NCBI GenBank assembly: GCA_964420525.1
Contig: CAYQTV010000001.1
Location: forward strand, 1 to 25,511
From: an uncultured Nitrososphaerales archaeon
GTDB taxonomy: Archaea; Thermoproteota; Nitrososphaeria; Conexivisphaerales; CALBHZ01
DNA: 25,511 bases
Direction of reading: 5' to 3'
The notes under the pieces were generated by a model. That model was not told the DNA's origin. It saw nothing but the letters and a program-made list of their open reading frames with translations, and did not search any database. The position numbers and the translations under genes were made by a program. Of the stretch, positions 24,346 through 25,511 are shown piece after piece. Every line of letters starts with the position of its first letter. The first letter of the stretch is position 1.

Positions 24346-24792
24346 GGAGAGTTTAAAAGAGCAATAGAAGGGGCGAAATATCGGATCACGTTGGTTTAGA
24401 GCGGTCAATAATGATGATAGCTAGCGCTCTTGAGTAGAAGCTAGATAGGATAGAGGTGAAAGATGAAGGGCCCACAATGCCTGGGAAAACGGTGCAGAGC
24501 AACTGGGTAGAGGTCGAGCCGGTAAAGTAGCGGGAATGGGGGAGCAGTCGTCAAGGGTTCGTAGACGGTAAACCCCCTGATAGAGCTTGGGTTCACGGCC
24601 TGCGTAGGATGCGGAGGAATACGACCTTGTAGAGATAGATGGTACCCCTAAGATAGCTTCAGAGGTAAGCCTATGCGTCGCGGAGATTACTGAACGGCAA
24701 CGGCGTTGATCAACATGGTGCCGAAGGTGGATAAACGCTCCTCTGGCCTCTAATACAATGAAGGACTTGCCTCCGCCGGCTTCGGTGTTTTT
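24346..24792 (+). ncRNA. Candidate large structured non-coding RNA, family not identified (partly RNase P-like words)
   Basis: No ORF of 60 aa or more. GC is 230/450 = 51% over 24341-24790 versus 36/110 = 33% over 24791-24900 (hand counts). Many helices can be drawn by hand. Flanked by an upstream TATA-like element and a downstream hairpin plus T-tract. Confidence 0.6.
24774..24792 (+). terminator. Hairpin plus oligo-T, putative terminator of the candidate ncRNA
   Basis: CGCCG-GCTT-CGGTG followed by TTTTT, at the abrupt drop in GC. Confidence 0.5.
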
Positions 24793-24924
24793 CTAAACTA
24801 TAAATTTTTCAACTTAAAAACATGGTAGCCGTAAACTTCCACCAAAACCTAGGGTTCAAACCATATACGTCTACGCAAAAAACCAAAAACTACATTCCAA
24901 AATTATAATTATCATGCTCACTAG

Positions 24925-25225
24925 AAGGAACTTCCTACATAGGGAATCTTAGCTCAGGAGGATTTAAGCTACTCTTAGTGAAGCTCCTTACTGTATTACT
25001 TAAACGAAAAACTGGTTTAAGTAAAAATGTTAACGTTTTTGAGAGTCAGCTCTATAGGGATAGTTCCTGTTAAAGCTATAAGAGAAAGGCTGGGAGGTGG
25101 CAATATCTGCGTTAGTAGGAAAGATGACAAACCTTTTAATTTATCTATTAAAGCAAGAATTATACGGATGTAGCGTAATGATCACATAGTTGGGGAGAGT
25201 CTCGAGCTTGAAAAGCTATAAGGTT
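24925..25225 (+). pseudogene. Possible decayed type I phosphoribosyltransferase
   Basis: Joined across a frameshift in the T5 run at 25036-25040, it reads ...KLLTVLLKRKTGLSKNVNV/LRVSSIGIVPVKAIRERLGGGNICVSRKDDKPF...ARIIRM*RNDHIVGESL. This resembles the PRTase S-x-G-I...LG...RK..K segment and a degenerate PRPP-binding loop. Similarity judged by eye only. Confidence 0.3.
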
Positions 25226-25511
25226 CTTGACCTAGAGCTTAGGTATTGAAAAGCTTTAACAGGCTTTAGACTAATAGTCATATTATTTCATTTAACAGCC
25301 TACTTAAATACATTTTTCCAAAACTTAACATCCACGATGTTTAAGTGACGTACGATGGGGCTTTTAAAACTCTGAGCTTACAAACGACGTATTAAAAAAG
25401 AGTTGGTTAAGGAGTTATCTTATGAATTCAAATACCTAAAACAGGTAAAAATCGTACAGAATATCGTACAAATGTGGTAAAATAATGATAAAATCCCACC
25501 TCTAGTCTACC

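Noticed and set aside
24411-24445. C/D box sRNA (ATGATGA at 24411-17, a 12-nt spacer, TTGA at 24430-33)
   Set aside because: No convincing C' box or terminal D box at the expected spacing. It may instead be a kink-turn element within the larger RNA.
24404-24727. HEARO/omega-RNA, group I intron, cobalamin riboswitch, T-box or tmRNA identity for the candidate RNA
   Set aside because: Only isolated words match (GTCAATAA, GCGGGAA, GGGAAAACGGTG, TGGTACC). There is no adjacent IscB/TnpB ORF, no P7/S element, no T-box stem I and no tRNA-like TTCGA/CCA end in the required order.
24346-24792. Calling the GC-rich block the canonical archaeal RNase P RNA
   Set aside because: Exact GAGGAA.N.CC and ACAGAA core motifs are absent and a full P4 cannot be formed. 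Kept only as an RNase P-like hypothesis.
20083-24830. 9-bp direct repeat ATGGTAGCC (20083-91 and 24822-30) bracketing the tRNA, TAXI operon and candidate RNA as an integrated element
   Set aside because: It is short enough to arise by chance, it matches the tRNA 5' side rather than the usual 3' att core, and no recombinase gene is present.
1-25511. CRISPR arrays, IS elements, rRNA genes
   Set aside because: I saw no regularly spaced repeats, transposase motifs, terminal inverted repeats or rRNA signature sequences.

Overview
Gene-dense archaeal chromosomal window. Archaeal markers are GatDE, a tRNA intron with a bulge-helix-bulge motif, form III RuBisCO, TATA-like promoters and GGTGA/GGAGG ribosome-binding sites. 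A TACK-type thermophile is an inference only. Left to right: an RNA-acetylation cluster (partial elp3, ASCH protein, tmcA); gatD-gatE; three small winged-helix proteins that share an N-terminal beta-hairpin/helix module; a tandem palindromic operator; a stand-alone nurA-herA pair; a COG1709-like HTH regulator; a DUF92 membrane protein; a glycyl-tRNA synthetase broken by a one-base frameshift; form III RuBisCO; lhr plus metallophosphoesterase; a class V aminotransferase; intron-containing tRNA-Gln(CTG); a TAXI-TRAP transporter operon; an ORF-free, GC-rich segment of about 445 nt with TATA-like and terminator-like flanks; and an AT-rich tail with a possible decayed PRTase. The most notable items are the candidate large structured ncRNA at about 24346-24792, which carries colinear RNase P-like words but no canonical catalytic core; the wHTH trio/operator/NurA-HerA module; the translationally coupled TmcA-ASCH pair; and the split glyS. 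All family calls come from motif recognition by eye. No database searches or folding programs were run.
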